Assembly: GCA_026625185.1 (NCBI GenBank) | Contig: CP113000.1 | Location: 1,995,622-2,027,621, forward strand | Length of the DNA: 32,000 nucleotides | Direction of reading: 5' to 3' | DNA from: Thermodesulfobacteriota bacterium | GTDB lineage: Bacteria; Desulfobacterota; WTBG01; JAGOGO01 | Shown here: positions 10,142 through 18,535 of the stretch, piece after piece | How the letters are laid out: the number at the start of each line of letters is the position of its first letter | How positions within the stretch are numbered: the first letter of the stretch is position 1 | Translations under genes and position numbers: made by a program | Notes under the pieces: generated by a model | What the model saw: the letters and a program-made list of their open reading frames with translations, nothing else | Database searches by the model: none | What the model was told of the DNA's origin: nothing

Positions 10142-10211
10142 CAGAAGTCAGGAGTCAGATGCAGGGGCGCAAAGCATTGCGCCCAGTAGCCAGGAGTCTA
10201 GAGTCAGGGAA
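10142..10211 (+). repeat. 7-nt periodic CAGRAGW array flanking a GC hairpin (murB-ddl spacer)
   Basis: Left units: CAGAAGT, CAGGAGT, CAGATG at 10142/10149/10156. Hairpin: GGGCGCAA-agca-TTGCGCCC (10165-10184). Right units: CAGTAGC, CAGGAGT, CTAGAGT, CAGGGAA at 10184/10191/10198/10205. Confidence 0.7.
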
Positions 10212-10249
10212 AGATATAGTTAATGAGAAGGATGAAAGAAGAGGAACAG

Positions 10250-11203
10250 ATGGAAACGTGCATCACTAGGGAAACGTTAAAAAAGAAAAAGATTGGAGTC
10301 CTCATGGGTGGGCTTTCGCCGGAGCGGGAGATTTCCCTTAAAACCGGGCAGGCGATTCTGAAGGGGCTTTTGGAAAGAGATTTTCAGGCAATAGGGATTG
10401 ATGTGGACCGGGAAATTCCTGCCCGTCTGGTGGAAGAAAAAATCGAGGTGGCGTTTATTGCGCTCCATGGTCCTTGGGGTGAGGATGGTACGATTCAAGG
10501 ACTCTTGGAGGTGATGGGTATCCCCTACACCGGATCAGGGGTACTGGCCAGTGCTCTGGCCATGAACAAAGCAATGGCCAAGAAGATATTTTTATATCAT
10601 CGGCTTCCTACCCCTGAGTTTCAGGTGGTGATGTACGGTACCCGCTCATCAATCTCGATTGCTGCTCCTCTGGTGGTGAAGCCGGTTTGTGGTGGTTCTA
10701 CGATTGGGACCTCAATTGTAATGTCGGAAAAGGACATTGATGAGGCACTTCAAAGAGCAGCTTATTATGGTGAGGAAATACTGGTGGAACAGTATATTGA
10801 GGGCGTGGACATCACGGTTGGGGTTCTGAACGGGGAACCGCTTCCGGTGATCCAAATCGTGCCGAAGAGCGGATTTTATGATTATGCATCAAAATATACT
10901 CCGGGAAGAACCGAATATCTTATTCCTGCCCCGCTTCCGGAGACAATAACGAAAAGCGCCCAGGAGCTGGGAGTAGCTGCGTACCGGGCTTTGGAATGCT
11001 CGGGCGCCGCGCGGGTAGATTTTCGTTTAGGTGAACAAGGTGAACTTGCGATTTTAGAAGTAAACACGATCCCCGGTTTTACGGAGACAAGTTTATTACC
11101 AATGGCCGCAGCTCGGGTGGGGATAGATTTTTCGAGCCTGGCCGAGCGGGTCCTGCTTTCAGCACGATTGTACATTGATGCGAAGATGAGGCGTGATGAT
11201 TGA
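10250..11203 (+). CDS. ddl: D-alanine--D-alanine ligase
   Basis: IGVLMGG.S.EREISL N-terminus, ATP-grasp motifs and EVNT.PG. ATG 10250 has AGAGGA 4 nt upstream. Alternative in-frame ATGs lie at 10223 and 10232. Confidence 0.92.
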   Translation: METCITRETLKKKKIGVLMGGLSPEREISLKTGQAILKGLLERDFQAIGIDVDREIPARLVEEKIEVAFIALHGPWGEDGTIQGLLEVMGIPYTGSGVLASALAMNKAMAKKIFLYHRLPTPEFQVVMYGTRSSISIAAPLVVKPVCGGSTIGTSIVMSEKDIDEALQRAAYYGEEILVEQYIEGVDITVGVLNGEPLPVIQIVPKSGFYDYASKYTPGRTEYLIPAPLPETITKSAQELGVAAYRALECSGAARVDFRLGEQGELAILEVNTIPGFTETSLLPMAAARVGIDFSSLAERVLLSARLYIDAKMRRDD

Positions 11204-12023
11204 TTTAGATTATTATTATTCCCAAAAAATAACGAATCAAAAATCTTTTCTGTGGAAAAGAAGACATTTAAAGCACGGAGAGATAAAAAAAATTTGTTTT
11301 CTTTTTCTCCGGCTAATGCTTTTCTCAGCGATTATTATTCTGACGGCGGCCTCTTTATATTATGGCGGGAGCTTCATTGCCCGCTCCCCCTATTTTTCCT
11401 TGCAAGACATCCGCTTTGAGGGGTGCAAAAACGTTACGCCCCAGGAGTTGATGGGCCTTGCGAACGTACGACCGGGATACAATATTCTTGCGCTTAATTT
11501 ACAGGAGATTTCGCAAAAGATTATTACCAACCCTTGGGTTAAAGACGTGCGAATTGAACGGAACTTTCCCCGCCAGCTTATTATAGAAATTACTGAACGG
11601 GTTCCGGTAGCTCTGGCAAGTCAGGAAGGCCTTTTTTTGGTTGACCGAGAGGGAGATTTATTTAAAAAAGTTGAACGGCAGGATAACATTGATATGCCCG
11701 TGATAACGGGTCTTTCTCTTTCCGAACCGAACACTCAGCGTGTCAAGGAAATTCTTGATTTCTTAGAGACTGCTGAGCATATGGGAGTTTTTCCCGTAAG
11801 TGCGGTTTCGGAGGTTCATGTGGATGGCGATTATGGGATCACTGTTTATACGCTCACTGAGAATATTTCCATTCAGATGAGTCTTAAGGATTACTCAGAA
11901 AAACTTGCGTTGGTGAGAAGCCTTAAAGAAGACTTGGCAAAACGGAAGATCGAACCTCAGGCAATAGAAATAATTTCTTTAGATGAAGCCCACGTTAAGA
12001 TAGCTTCTTCCTCGAAAAGTTGA
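11193..12023 (+). CDS. ftsQ: cell division protein FtsQ (POTRA domain)
   Basis: Basic N-terminus, a single TM segment (FLFLRLMLFSAIIILTAASLYY), then POTRA-like I.F.G......EL. It overlaps the ddl stop and its position before ftsA fits. Confidence 0.82.
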   Translation: MMIDLDYYYSQKITNQKSFLWKRRHLKHGEIKKICFLFLRLMLFSAIIILTAASLYYGGSFIARSPYFSLQDIRFEGCKNVTPQELMGLANVRPGYNILALNLQEISQKIITNPWVKDVRIERNFPRQLIIEITERVPVALASQEGLFLVDREGDLFKKVERQDNIDMPVITGLSLSEPNTQRVKEILDFLETAEHMGVFPVSAVSEVHVDGDYGITVYTLTENISIQMSLKDYSEKLALVRSLKEDLAKRKIEPQAIEIISLDEAHVKIASSSKS

Positions 12024-12042
12024 GAAAGGAGGGCCGGTATAT

Positions 12043-13266
12043 ATGGGAAACAGCAGGAATGTGGTTGTTGGACTTGATATAGGAACGACGAAGATCTGTG
12101 CTATTGTAGGAGAAAAAACACCCGAGGGCATCGAAATTGTGGGCATTGGAACGTCCACCTCCAAAGGGCTGAAAAAGGGGATGATTGTTGATATCGAGGC
12201 CACCATTGATTCCATCCGTCATGCCAAAAAAGGGGCAGAAAAAATGGCGGAGTATAAAATTGAGACGGTTTATGCGGGAATTTCCGGAAGTCATGTGAAA
12301 AGCTTTAACAGCCATGGCGTTACTGCGGTCAAGAACAGTGAGGTCAAACGGGCGGATATCAAGCGGTCACTTGATGCGGCACGGGCGCTCGTGATTCCGA
12401 CCGATCGGGAAATCATCCATGTGCTGCCCCAGGAATTTATCGTTGATGACCAAGGCGGCATCCGGGATCCCTTAGGAATGTCCGGGAAGCTTCTTGAGGC
12501 AAAGGTGCACGTGGTAACCGGCGCGGTAACCTCAGCACAGAATATTGTTAAGTGTGCTAATCAGACCGGTGTCGACGTGAAGGATATCATCCTCCAACAA
12601 CTTGCTTCGAGTGAAGCCGTGCTTACCCCTGAAGAGAAAACGCTGGGCGTAGCGTTGGTTGACATAGGAGGGGGCACAACCGATATTGCCATTTTTTTCA
12701 ACGGGAGCATTACGTATACATCAGTGATACCTATTGGCGGTAACCAGTTTACATCAGATATTGCCTTGGTGCTGAGAACCCCGGTCAAAGAAGCGGAGCG
12801 GATAAAAAGAGATTACGGAAACGCTTTTGCCAACTCGGTCAGTCGCGATGAAATGATCGATTTTTTAACTGCCGATGGAAGTGAAACTCGTTCCATAGCC
12901 CGGCGGACCCTGTGCGAGATTATTGAACCCCGGGCCGAGGAAACTCTCGCACTGGTTTGTCGAGAGATCATAAAATCCGAACTGGTGGAATTTATCGGGG
13001 CGGGAGTGGTTTTAACGGGTGGTGCTTCCCTCCTACCGGGGATAAAGGAGATGGCAGAAAAAATTTTTAAGTTTCCGGTGCGGGTTGGATATCCTCAGGG
13101 AGTGAAAGGATTAAAAGACGTGGCAGACAATCCCATGTACGCCACGGGAATCGGATTAGTCCTCTATGGGAATAATCATCAGGCTCACCATAACTTTAAT
13201 GGCAACGGAAATTCCTCTCACACCTTTGTGCAGAGGATGAAAAAATGGTTTTTGGAGGTTTTTTGA
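12043..13266 (+). CDS. ftsA: cell division protein FtsA
   Basis: Actin-fold motifs (VGLDIGT.KI, VDIGGGTTD) and a C-terminal amphipathic helix (QRMKKWFLEVF). A strong SD (AAGGAGGG) lies upstream. Confidence 0.95.
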   Translation: MGNSRNVVVGLDIGTTKICAIVGEKTPEGIEIVGIGTSTSKGLKKGMIVDIEATIDSIRHAKKGAEKMAEYKIETVYAGISGSHVKSFNSHGVTAVKNSEVKRADIKRSLDAARALVIPTDREIIHVLPQEFIVDDQGGIRDPLGMSGKLLEAKVHVVTGAVTSAQNIVKCANQTGVDVKDIILQQLASSEAVLTPEEKTLGVALVDIGGGTTDIAIFFNGSITYTSVIPIGGNQFTSDIALVLRTPVKEAERIKRDYGNAFANSVSRDEMIDFLTADGSETRSIARRTLCEIIEPRAEETLALVCREIIKSELVEFIGAGVVLTGGASLLPGIKEMAEKIFKFPVRVGYPQGVKGLKDVADNPMYATGIGLVLYGNNHQAHHNFNGNGNSSHTFVQRMKKWFLEVF

Positions 13267-13348
13267 TAAAAGAAGAAAAAGGGCCTTGTCGAAAGAGTAA
13301 GGTCTTATAATTTAGCAACATTATTTCATAAGAAAGGGGGAAAAGCAG

Positions 13349-14518
13349 ATGATAGAATTAGCGGATATAACTACCATGGATGCCAAGATAAAAGTTGTCG
13401 GGGTGGGGGGAGCCGGATGCAATGCCCTGAACACCATGATTGATTCCCACCTGGAGGGAGTGGAGTTTATTGGGGCGAATACGGACCTGCAGTCCTTGGG
13501 GGCGTGCCGGTCTACGATTAAAGTTCAATTAGGACATAAGCTGACGAATGGGTTGGGCTCAGGGGGTGTGCCCGAAGTAGGTCGCGATGCGATGATGGAA
13601 GATGCGGAGAGAATGAAGAGCTTATTGGCCGGCTCGGACATGGTTTTTATTGCCGCCGGCATGGGCGGAGGTACCGGCACGGGTGGCGCTCCGGTCTTGG
13701 CGAAGATCGCTAAGGAGGTGGGGGCGCTCACGGTTGCGGTGGTTACCAAACCTTTTGTGTTCGAGGGGAAAAAACGGCAGCAGTCGGCGGAGCGAGGTAT
13801 TCAAGAATTAAAAAATGGAGTTGACACGCTCATCGCCATTCCTAACCAAAGACTTTTGTTAAATTCAGGGAAAAAGACGACATTGCTCGATGCCTTTAAG
13901 AAGGCAGATGAAGTTCTTCTTCATGCCGTCAAAGGGATATCCGATCTGATTACCATCCCCGGCCTGGTGAACCTTGATTTTAACGATGTCCGCACCGTTA
14001 TGTCCGAAATGGGTATGGCGTTTATGGGAATCGGACGGTCAAGCGGCGAGAATCGGGCGGTGGAAGCAGCGCAAAAAGCGATCTCCAGTCCGCTCCTGGA
14101 AGATATCAGCATTGATGGCGCCAAAGGCATATTGATTAATATTACCGCCGGGCCGGACTTAACGCTTTTTGAAGTCAATGAAGCTTCTACCTTAATCCAG
14201 GAAGATGCCCATGAAGAAGCGAACATCATCTTTGGAGCAGTGATTGATGAGAATGCGGGAGATGAAGTGCGCGTGACGGTTATTGCCACGGGTTTTGGAA
14301 AAGAGGAGGAGGAAAAAGCAAAACAGTTCAAGAGCAACGTCTCCTTTCTCAACAAATATATCCAGGATGACGACAGCCCCGCGGTGTGGCGAAAGAGGCT
14401 TCAGGAGCTTCGCCAGGTGACACCTGATGTGGTCAAAGTAGGCACGATAATTGACGGTTACTTCAATGATGGTTGCGATTATGATACGCCGACGTTTCTC
14501 CGGAGACATGCAGAATAA
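13349..14518 (+). CDS. ftsZ: cell division GTPase FtsZ
   Basis: Tubulin signature [14 protein letters not shown] and the C-terminal conserved peptide [10 protein letters not shown]. Confidence 0.98.
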   Translation: MIELADITTMDAKIKVVGVGGAGCNALNTMIDSHLEGVEFIGANTDLQSLGACRSTIKVQLGHKLTNGLGSGGVPEVGRDAMMEDAERMKSLLAGSDMVFIAAGMGGGTGTGGAPVLAKIAKEVGALTVAVVTKPFVFEGKKRQQSAERGIQELKNGVDTLIAIPNQRLLLNSGKKTTLLDAFKKADEVLLHAVKGISDLITIPGLVNLDFNDVRTVMSEMGMAFMGIGRSSGENRAVEAAQKAISSPLLEDISIDGAKGILINITAGPDLTLFEVNEASTLIQEDAHEEANIIFGAVIDENAGDEVRVTVIATGFGKEEEEKAKQFKSNVSFLNKYIQDDDSPAVWRKRLQELRQVTPDVVKVGTIIDGYFNDGCDYDTPTFLRRHAE

Positions 14519-14527
14519 CGAAAAGTA

Positions 14528-14536
14528 TGATATAAT
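14528..14536 (+). promoter_or_regulatory. candidate extended -10 promoter element (TGaTATAAT)
   Basis: TG-n-TATAAT sits 10 nt after the ftsZ stop and 64 nt upstream of the radical SAM ATG. No convincing -35 element. Confidence 0.25.
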
Positions 14537-14599
14537 AAAAACAACAATGTCGTAGGGGCAACAGCCCAGTTTTACCATATTTTCGGCCTATGAGAGACT

Positions 14600-16288
14600 A
14601 TGTCGTGGAAGTTAAAGGAGAAGGCCAGGGCCCTCCTGGCACAGGAACAAGGAACGATTGTTAAGCCCTCGGGGGGGAAGCTCTCCCTTGCCCTGGTTTT
14701 TCCCAACTATTACCATGTGGGAATGGCCAACCTGGGTTTTCAATCCGTTTATCGGATCATCAATGAGCTTCCCCAGGCAGTGTGCGAACGGGCGTTTCTT
14801 CCCGAACGAGCGGACATTCTGGAGTTTCAACGTTCTGCGACGCCCTTTTTTTCCCTCGAAACCCAGAAATCCCTCCAAGATTTCGATCTCATCGCATTTT
14901 CTCTTTCCTTTGAAAATGACTATCCCCATGTTTTAACCATCCTTGATTTAGCGCGGCTTCCTCTTCGCGCTTCGCAGCGCAAAGAAGGCTACCCGATGGT
15001 ATGTGCCGGAGGCGTTGCCGCCTTCCTTAACCCGGAGCCGCTGGCAGAATTCATGGACTTCTTTGCTCTCGGTGAAGCCGAAGAACTTTTACCGGAAACC
15101 CTTTCCTTGATTTTTAAACTCAAGAGCAAAGGGGTTCTGCGCCGTGATCTTTTAACCCGCCTTACCGCGGTTGGCGGTATTTACGTTCCCCGATTTTATT
15201 CCGTTACCTACCAGGAAAACGGACAAATTGCTGAGGTTCTTCCCCGGAAAGGAATCCCACCCATTGTCAAGCGACGCTGGGTCAAAAACGTGGATGACTA
15301 CCCGACCCAGTCCGTCATCCATGCTCCGGGGATAGAGTTCGGCGGGATGTTTCTGGTGGAAATCGGCCGGGGCTGTTCGTTTGGCTGCCGGTTCTGCGCT
15401 GCCGGATGGGTCTATCGGCCGGTGCGGATGAGGTCATTGGGCGCGATTGAAAAATCTATTCAGAGCGCTCTACGCGGTGAGAAAAAGATCGGCTTGATCA
15501 GTGCGGCGATTGGGGACCACCCTCAGCTCAAAGACATCTGCTATCACCTAAGAGCCGCGGGAGGAAAGCTTTCGGTATCTTCGCTGAGGGCTAATGTCAT
15601 AACCCGGGATATTTTGCAAGCATTAAAAGAAAGTGGTCACCAGTCAATCACTATGGCTCCGGAAACTGGTTCGGAGCGGCTCCGTCGTCTGATCAAAAAA
15701 AATATTACGGATGAAGAGATTTTTGAAGCCGTGGAGATGGTGGTTGCCAGCGGCATCCCGAACCTCCGTCTTTATTTTCTGGTCGGTCTTCCTTCGGAGG
15801 CCATGGAGGACATTGAGCAGATAGTCTCGCTGACGAAACAAATAAAACATGTTATCATCAAAAGCATTAAGAAAAAAAATCTACCGGGCACGATTAACTT
15901 AAGCCTTTCTCCTTTTGTTCCCAAGCCGTTTACCCCGTTTCAGTGGGTTCCGTTTGAGGACCTCAAACTTTTGCAGCACAAGATTAAACACATCCAGAAT
16001 GGTCTCAAGAATGAGCGCCAGGTCACGATCACCCATGACCTTCCCAAATGGAGCTACATTCAGGCTCTCTTGAGCAGAGGTGACCGGCGAGTAAGCAAGA
16101 TCCTTTTCCAGGTGCATAAGGATAACGGTGACTGGAACAAAGCCCTGCAGGAAACCGACGTCAACCCTGACTTTTACGTTTATCGCTTTCGTGAGCTTAC
16201 CGAGATCCTCCCCTGGGATTTTATTGACCAGGGCATTAAAAAAGAAACACTCATCTCCGAATATCACCGTGCTTTAACGCACGGGTAA
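14600..16288 (+). CDS. radical SAM protein (562 aa; resembles the uncharacterised TIGR03960-type family from memory)
   Basis: CxxxCxxC cluster motif in GRGCSFGCRFCAAGW. The N-terminal LALVFPNYYHVGMANLGFQSVY matches what I recall of TIGR03960-type proteins. No SPASM-like Cys cluster. Confidence 0.85.
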   Translation: MSWKLKEKARALLAQEQGTIVKPSGGKLSLALVFPNYYHVGMANLGFQSVYRIINELPQAVCERAFLPERADILEFQRSATPFFSLETQKSLQDFDLIAFSLSFENDYPHVLTILDLARLPLRASQRKEGYPMVCAGGVAAFLNPEPLAEFMDFFALGEAEELLPETLSLIFKLKSKGVLRRDLLTRLTAVGGIYVPRFYSVTYQENGQIAEVLPRKGIPPIVKRRWVKNVDDYPTQSVIHAPGIEFGGMFLVEIGRGCSFGCRFCAAGWVYRPVRMRSLGAIEKSIQSALRGEKKIGLISAAIGDHPQLKDICYHLRAAGGKLSVSSLRANVITRDILQALKESGHQSITMAPETGSERLRRLIKKNITDEEIFEAVEMVVASGIPNLRLYFLVGLPSEAMEDIEQIVSLTKQIKHVIIKSIKKKNLPGTINLSLSPFVPKPFTPFQWVPFEDLKLLQHKIKHIQNGLKNERQVTITHDLPKWSYIQALLSRGDRRVSKILFQVHKDNGDWNKALQETDVNPDFYVYRFRELTEILPWDFIDQGIKKETLISEYHRALTHG

Positions 16289-16392
16289 TACCAAGTCGCT
16301 TTTATTTGCTTATCTTTGTTGTCTCCTCGTCATACTCCTCGACGTCGATTCCTTGTCGTCGCCTCGATCTGCTTTTGAATGTAACTTGGTAT
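16288..16392. repeat. repeat copy A (105 nt) with 9-bp perfect terminal inverted repeats
   Basis: Starts on the last base of the TAA stop. Termini are ATACCAAGT ... ACTTGGTAT. The top strand is pyrimidine-rich. It is homologous to copy B (46/54 identical over the first 54 nt). Confidence 0.75.
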
Positions 16393-16433
16393 AAGTCAGT
16401 TCCGCAGCCGGAAATAAGGGGAAAAATATCTCT

Positions 16434-16461
16434 TTGCATTACCTGACAAATCCGCTAAAAT
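16434..16461 (+). promoter_or_regulatory. candidate sigma70-type promoter for the MFS gene
   Basis: TTGCAT, 16 nt spacer, TAAAAT, about 70 nt upstream of ATG 16531. Confidence 0.3.
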
Positions 16462-16530
16462 TTGAACGTGCCCGCATGGCATATTTTTTTAGCCCCGGGT
16501 GCTGTTTTTTAGAGTTGATTGAGAACAGGT

Positions 16531-17817
16531 ATGGATAATAATTCCATAAGTACAAAAAGTCTTCTTCGCAGAAAGTACCTCTATATTATCCTCCCCACGT
16601 TTATCGGGTCGATCATCGCCTATCTCGACCGGGTAAACATTGCCTATGCGGCCCTTACCATGAACGCTGACCTTGGGTTTACCGCCCAGGTTTTTGGCGT
16701 GGGCTCGGGGATCTTTTTCGTGGGGTACGTGCTCTTTGAAGTGCCGGGAGCGCTCATCGCTGAACGCTGGAGTCCCCGCGCGTGGATCGCCCGGATCATG
16801 ATTACCTGGGGGCTTATTTCTTGGTGCATGGCCTTTGTTTCGAACGCGTGGCAGTTTTACCTGGTGCGTTTTTTGCTCGGAGCGGCTGAGGCAAGTTTTT
16901 ATCCGGTTATGTACGCGAGCGTTTTTCCGCGCTGGTTTACGCCTGAGGAGCGGCCTCAGGCGCTTGCCCTGATGCTTACGTCTCTGCAGATTTCAGTGAT
17001 TATCGGCGCGCCCCTTGCCGGATGGATTATCGGCATTGAGGCCTTTGGTTGGAAAGGTTGGCAGTTCCTGTTTGTCATCGAGTCAATACCCGCGCTCATC
17101 TTCGGGGTTATGGTTTTGTTTGTGCTGGCTGACTGGCCGGAACAGGTAACCTGGCTTACCCCGGAGGAGAAGCAGTTTTTAAAAGCCCGTTTTGAGCAGG
17201 AAATTGAAGCTAAAAAATCAGTGCGCCGCTATACCGTATGGGAGGCGCTCGGCGACCGAGAGGTACTTAAGCTTTGTTTGATTTATTTTCTGTGGATAAG
17301 CGGTTTCTGGGGTTTTAACTACTGGATGCCTACGGCGCTTAAGGAAGTATCCGGCTGGTCAAACCTGATGATCGGCTGGCTGATTGTGATCCCCATGATC
17401 CTGTCGCTCTTAGCAATGCTTTTTGTGGGGCGTTCTTCGTCGAGAAGCGGAGAAAAGCGCTGGCACGGAGCAATGCCCATGTTTATCGGCGCGATCGGCT
17501 TAGGGGTCGGCACTTTTATTCACGATCCGCTTATAAATCTCATCTTCATCACTCTTACTGCCATCGGAGTATACAGCGCTTTTGGCGTCTGGTGGGCCTA
17601 TCCGACCACCTTTTTGTCCGGAACAGCAGCTGCCGGCGCGGTGGGACTGATCAATTCCTTCGGCAATGTCGGAGGATATATCGGACCGTATCTTACTGGT
17701 TTTGTCAAAGATATGACCGGCTCTTTTTCGGGGGCGTACGTATTTCTCGCTGGTTTACTGGCGTTAGCGGGCTTGTTGATGCTTACACTGAAAAAGAAGA
17801 TACCCGCCAAAGGTTGA
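16531..17817 (+). CDS. MFS transporter, anion:cation symporter (ACS)-like
   Basis: About 12 TM segments. The N-terminal YLDRVNIAYAAL.MN.DLGF......G.GIFF.GY.LFEVPG motif is typical of ACS-family permeases (tartrate, galactonate or phthalate type). ATG 16531 is preferred over the track TTG 16519. Confidence 0.88.
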   Translation: MDNNSISTKSLLRRKYLYIILPTFIGSIIAYLDRVNIAYAALTMNADLGFTAQVFGVGSGIFFVGYVLFEVPGALIAERWSPRAWIARIMITWGLISWCMAFVSNAWQFYLVRFLLGAAEASFYPVMYASVFPRWFTPEERPQALALMLTSLQISVIIGAPLAGWIIGIEAFGWKGWQFLFVIESIPALIFGVMVLFVLADWPEQVTWLTPEEKQFLKARFEQEIEAKKSVRRYTVWEALGDREVLKLCLIYFLWISGFWGFNYWMPTALKEVSGWSNLMIGWLIVIPMILSLLAMLFVGRSSSRSGEKRWHGAMPMFIGAIGLGVGTFIHDPLINLIFITLTAIGVYSAFGVWWAYPTTFLSGTAAAGAVGLINSFGNVGGYIGPYLTGFVKDMTGSFSGAYVFLAGLLALAGLLMLTLKKKIPAKG

Positions 17818-17941
17818 TACCAAATCGCCTTCATTTGTATATCTTTGTTGTCTCACCGTCATACTTCTCGCCTTACTCAAACGTGCGGCTGCATCGATTC
17901 TTTGCCCCCGCCTCGGTTTGTTTTTGAATGCACCCTTGTAT
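17817..17941. repeat. repeat copy B (125 nt), diverged homologue of copy A
   Basis: Starts on the last base of the TGA stop (ATACCAAAT...). It carries a ~20-nt internal insertion relative to A and ends ...CCCTTGTAT (degenerate terminal inverted repeat). Confidence 0.72.
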
Positions 17942-17980
17942 GAGTCTAAATATTTTGCTTTTATTACCTTCGCGATCTTA

Positions 17981-18003
17981 CCGGAATTTCCTCCGGATTT
18001 TTC
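17981..18003 (+). terminator. candidate intrinsic terminator after the MFS gene and repeat B
   Basis: CCGGA-atttcc-TCCGG followed by ATTTTTCTT. The stem is short (5 bp). Confidence 0.35.
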
Positions 18004-18335
18004 TTGACTTTTTTCTTAAATTTATTTAATAAATCAGGTAAAATTCTCAACGAAGGTATAGTTTAAAGAGTTGCTTGAGAAGAATATATTTAATAATCAG
18101 CAAGCTTAAAACGAGGCCGGATCGCCTGAAGAAAAGGTGAAAGGCTTTTTTGTTTGGTGTACAGCCAAATCAGTCGAATCTGAAATTTTGCAAGGGGTGT
18201 TACACGGATCAATATAAACATAGACTGTCCATGGGATTGGCTTGTGGTCGTTGCGAGGCACCGGGAAATATATATGGAGAGGATTTGCTCTCATATATGA
18301 TTATAAACAGCAAAACTAACTGAATAGGAGTACTA

Positions 18336-18494
18336 ATGGCTAAACCAAACTACAAATTCGCGAAGCGTCAAAGAGATCTCGCCAAGAAACAGAAGAAAGA
18401 GGAGAAGCGGCAGCGTAAGGCCAGTGAACAGAGCGAACGGTCTCCGGAGGATCCTACTCAGCCGCCCGTCGAGAGTGACGTTGTTGAAAAATAA
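18336..18494 (+). CDS. hypothetical small basic protein (52 aa, Lys/Arg/Glu-rich); not in the ORF track (<60 aa)
   Basis: ATG 18336 with AGGAG (18326-18330) 5 nt upstream. My translation is MAKPNYKFAKRQRDLAKKQKKEEKRQRKASEQSERSPEDPTQPPVESDVVEK. A 32-nt perfect palindrome follows the stop. Confidence 0.55.
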   Translation: MAKPNYKFAKRQRDLAKKQKKEEKRQRKASEQSERSPEDPTQPPVESDVVEK

Positions 18495-18503
18495 CACTTT
18501 TCT

Positions 18504-18535
18504 ATGTAGGGGCACGGCGCGCCGTGCCCCTACAT
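18504..18535. repeat. REP-like GC-rich perfect palindrome with GTAG heads
   Basis: ATGTAGGGGCACGGCG/CGCCGTGCCCCTACAT, 16-bp arms. It shares the GTAGGGGCACG arm with the palindrome at 30483-30510. No T-run follows. Confidence 0.75.

Noticed and set aside
10142-10211. CRISPR array or other spacer-repeat structure in the heptamer regions and elsewhere
   Set aside because: The units are only 6-7 nt, contiguous and without spacers. No 24-40-nt direct repeats with regular unique spacers occur anywhere in the window.
16288-16392. Idea that the stop-codon-abutting repeats are integron attC sites and the MFS gene is a gene cassette
   Set aside because: The termini (ATACCAAGT / ACTTGGTAT) do not match the R''/R' core consensus (RYYYAAC / GTTRRRY). 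No intI gene or attI is visible in the window. The MITE-like or 3'-UTR-element readings are kept instead.
18106-18294. 62-aa minus-strand ORF in the AT-rich region upstream of the small basic protein gene
   Set aside because: No SD is present (ATG preceded by TTTATAATCATAT). It has no recognisable domain and overlaps a hairpin. It is more likely non-coding leader or promoter DNA.
17942-18335. tRNA, tmRNA, 6S or other known RNA gene in the long non-coding stretches (also 16393-16518 and 19843-20127)
   Set aside because: I saw no cloverleaf-compatible arms, no GTTCGAATC-type T-loop and no recognisable conserved RNA motif by eye. This cannot be excluded without a covariance-model scan.
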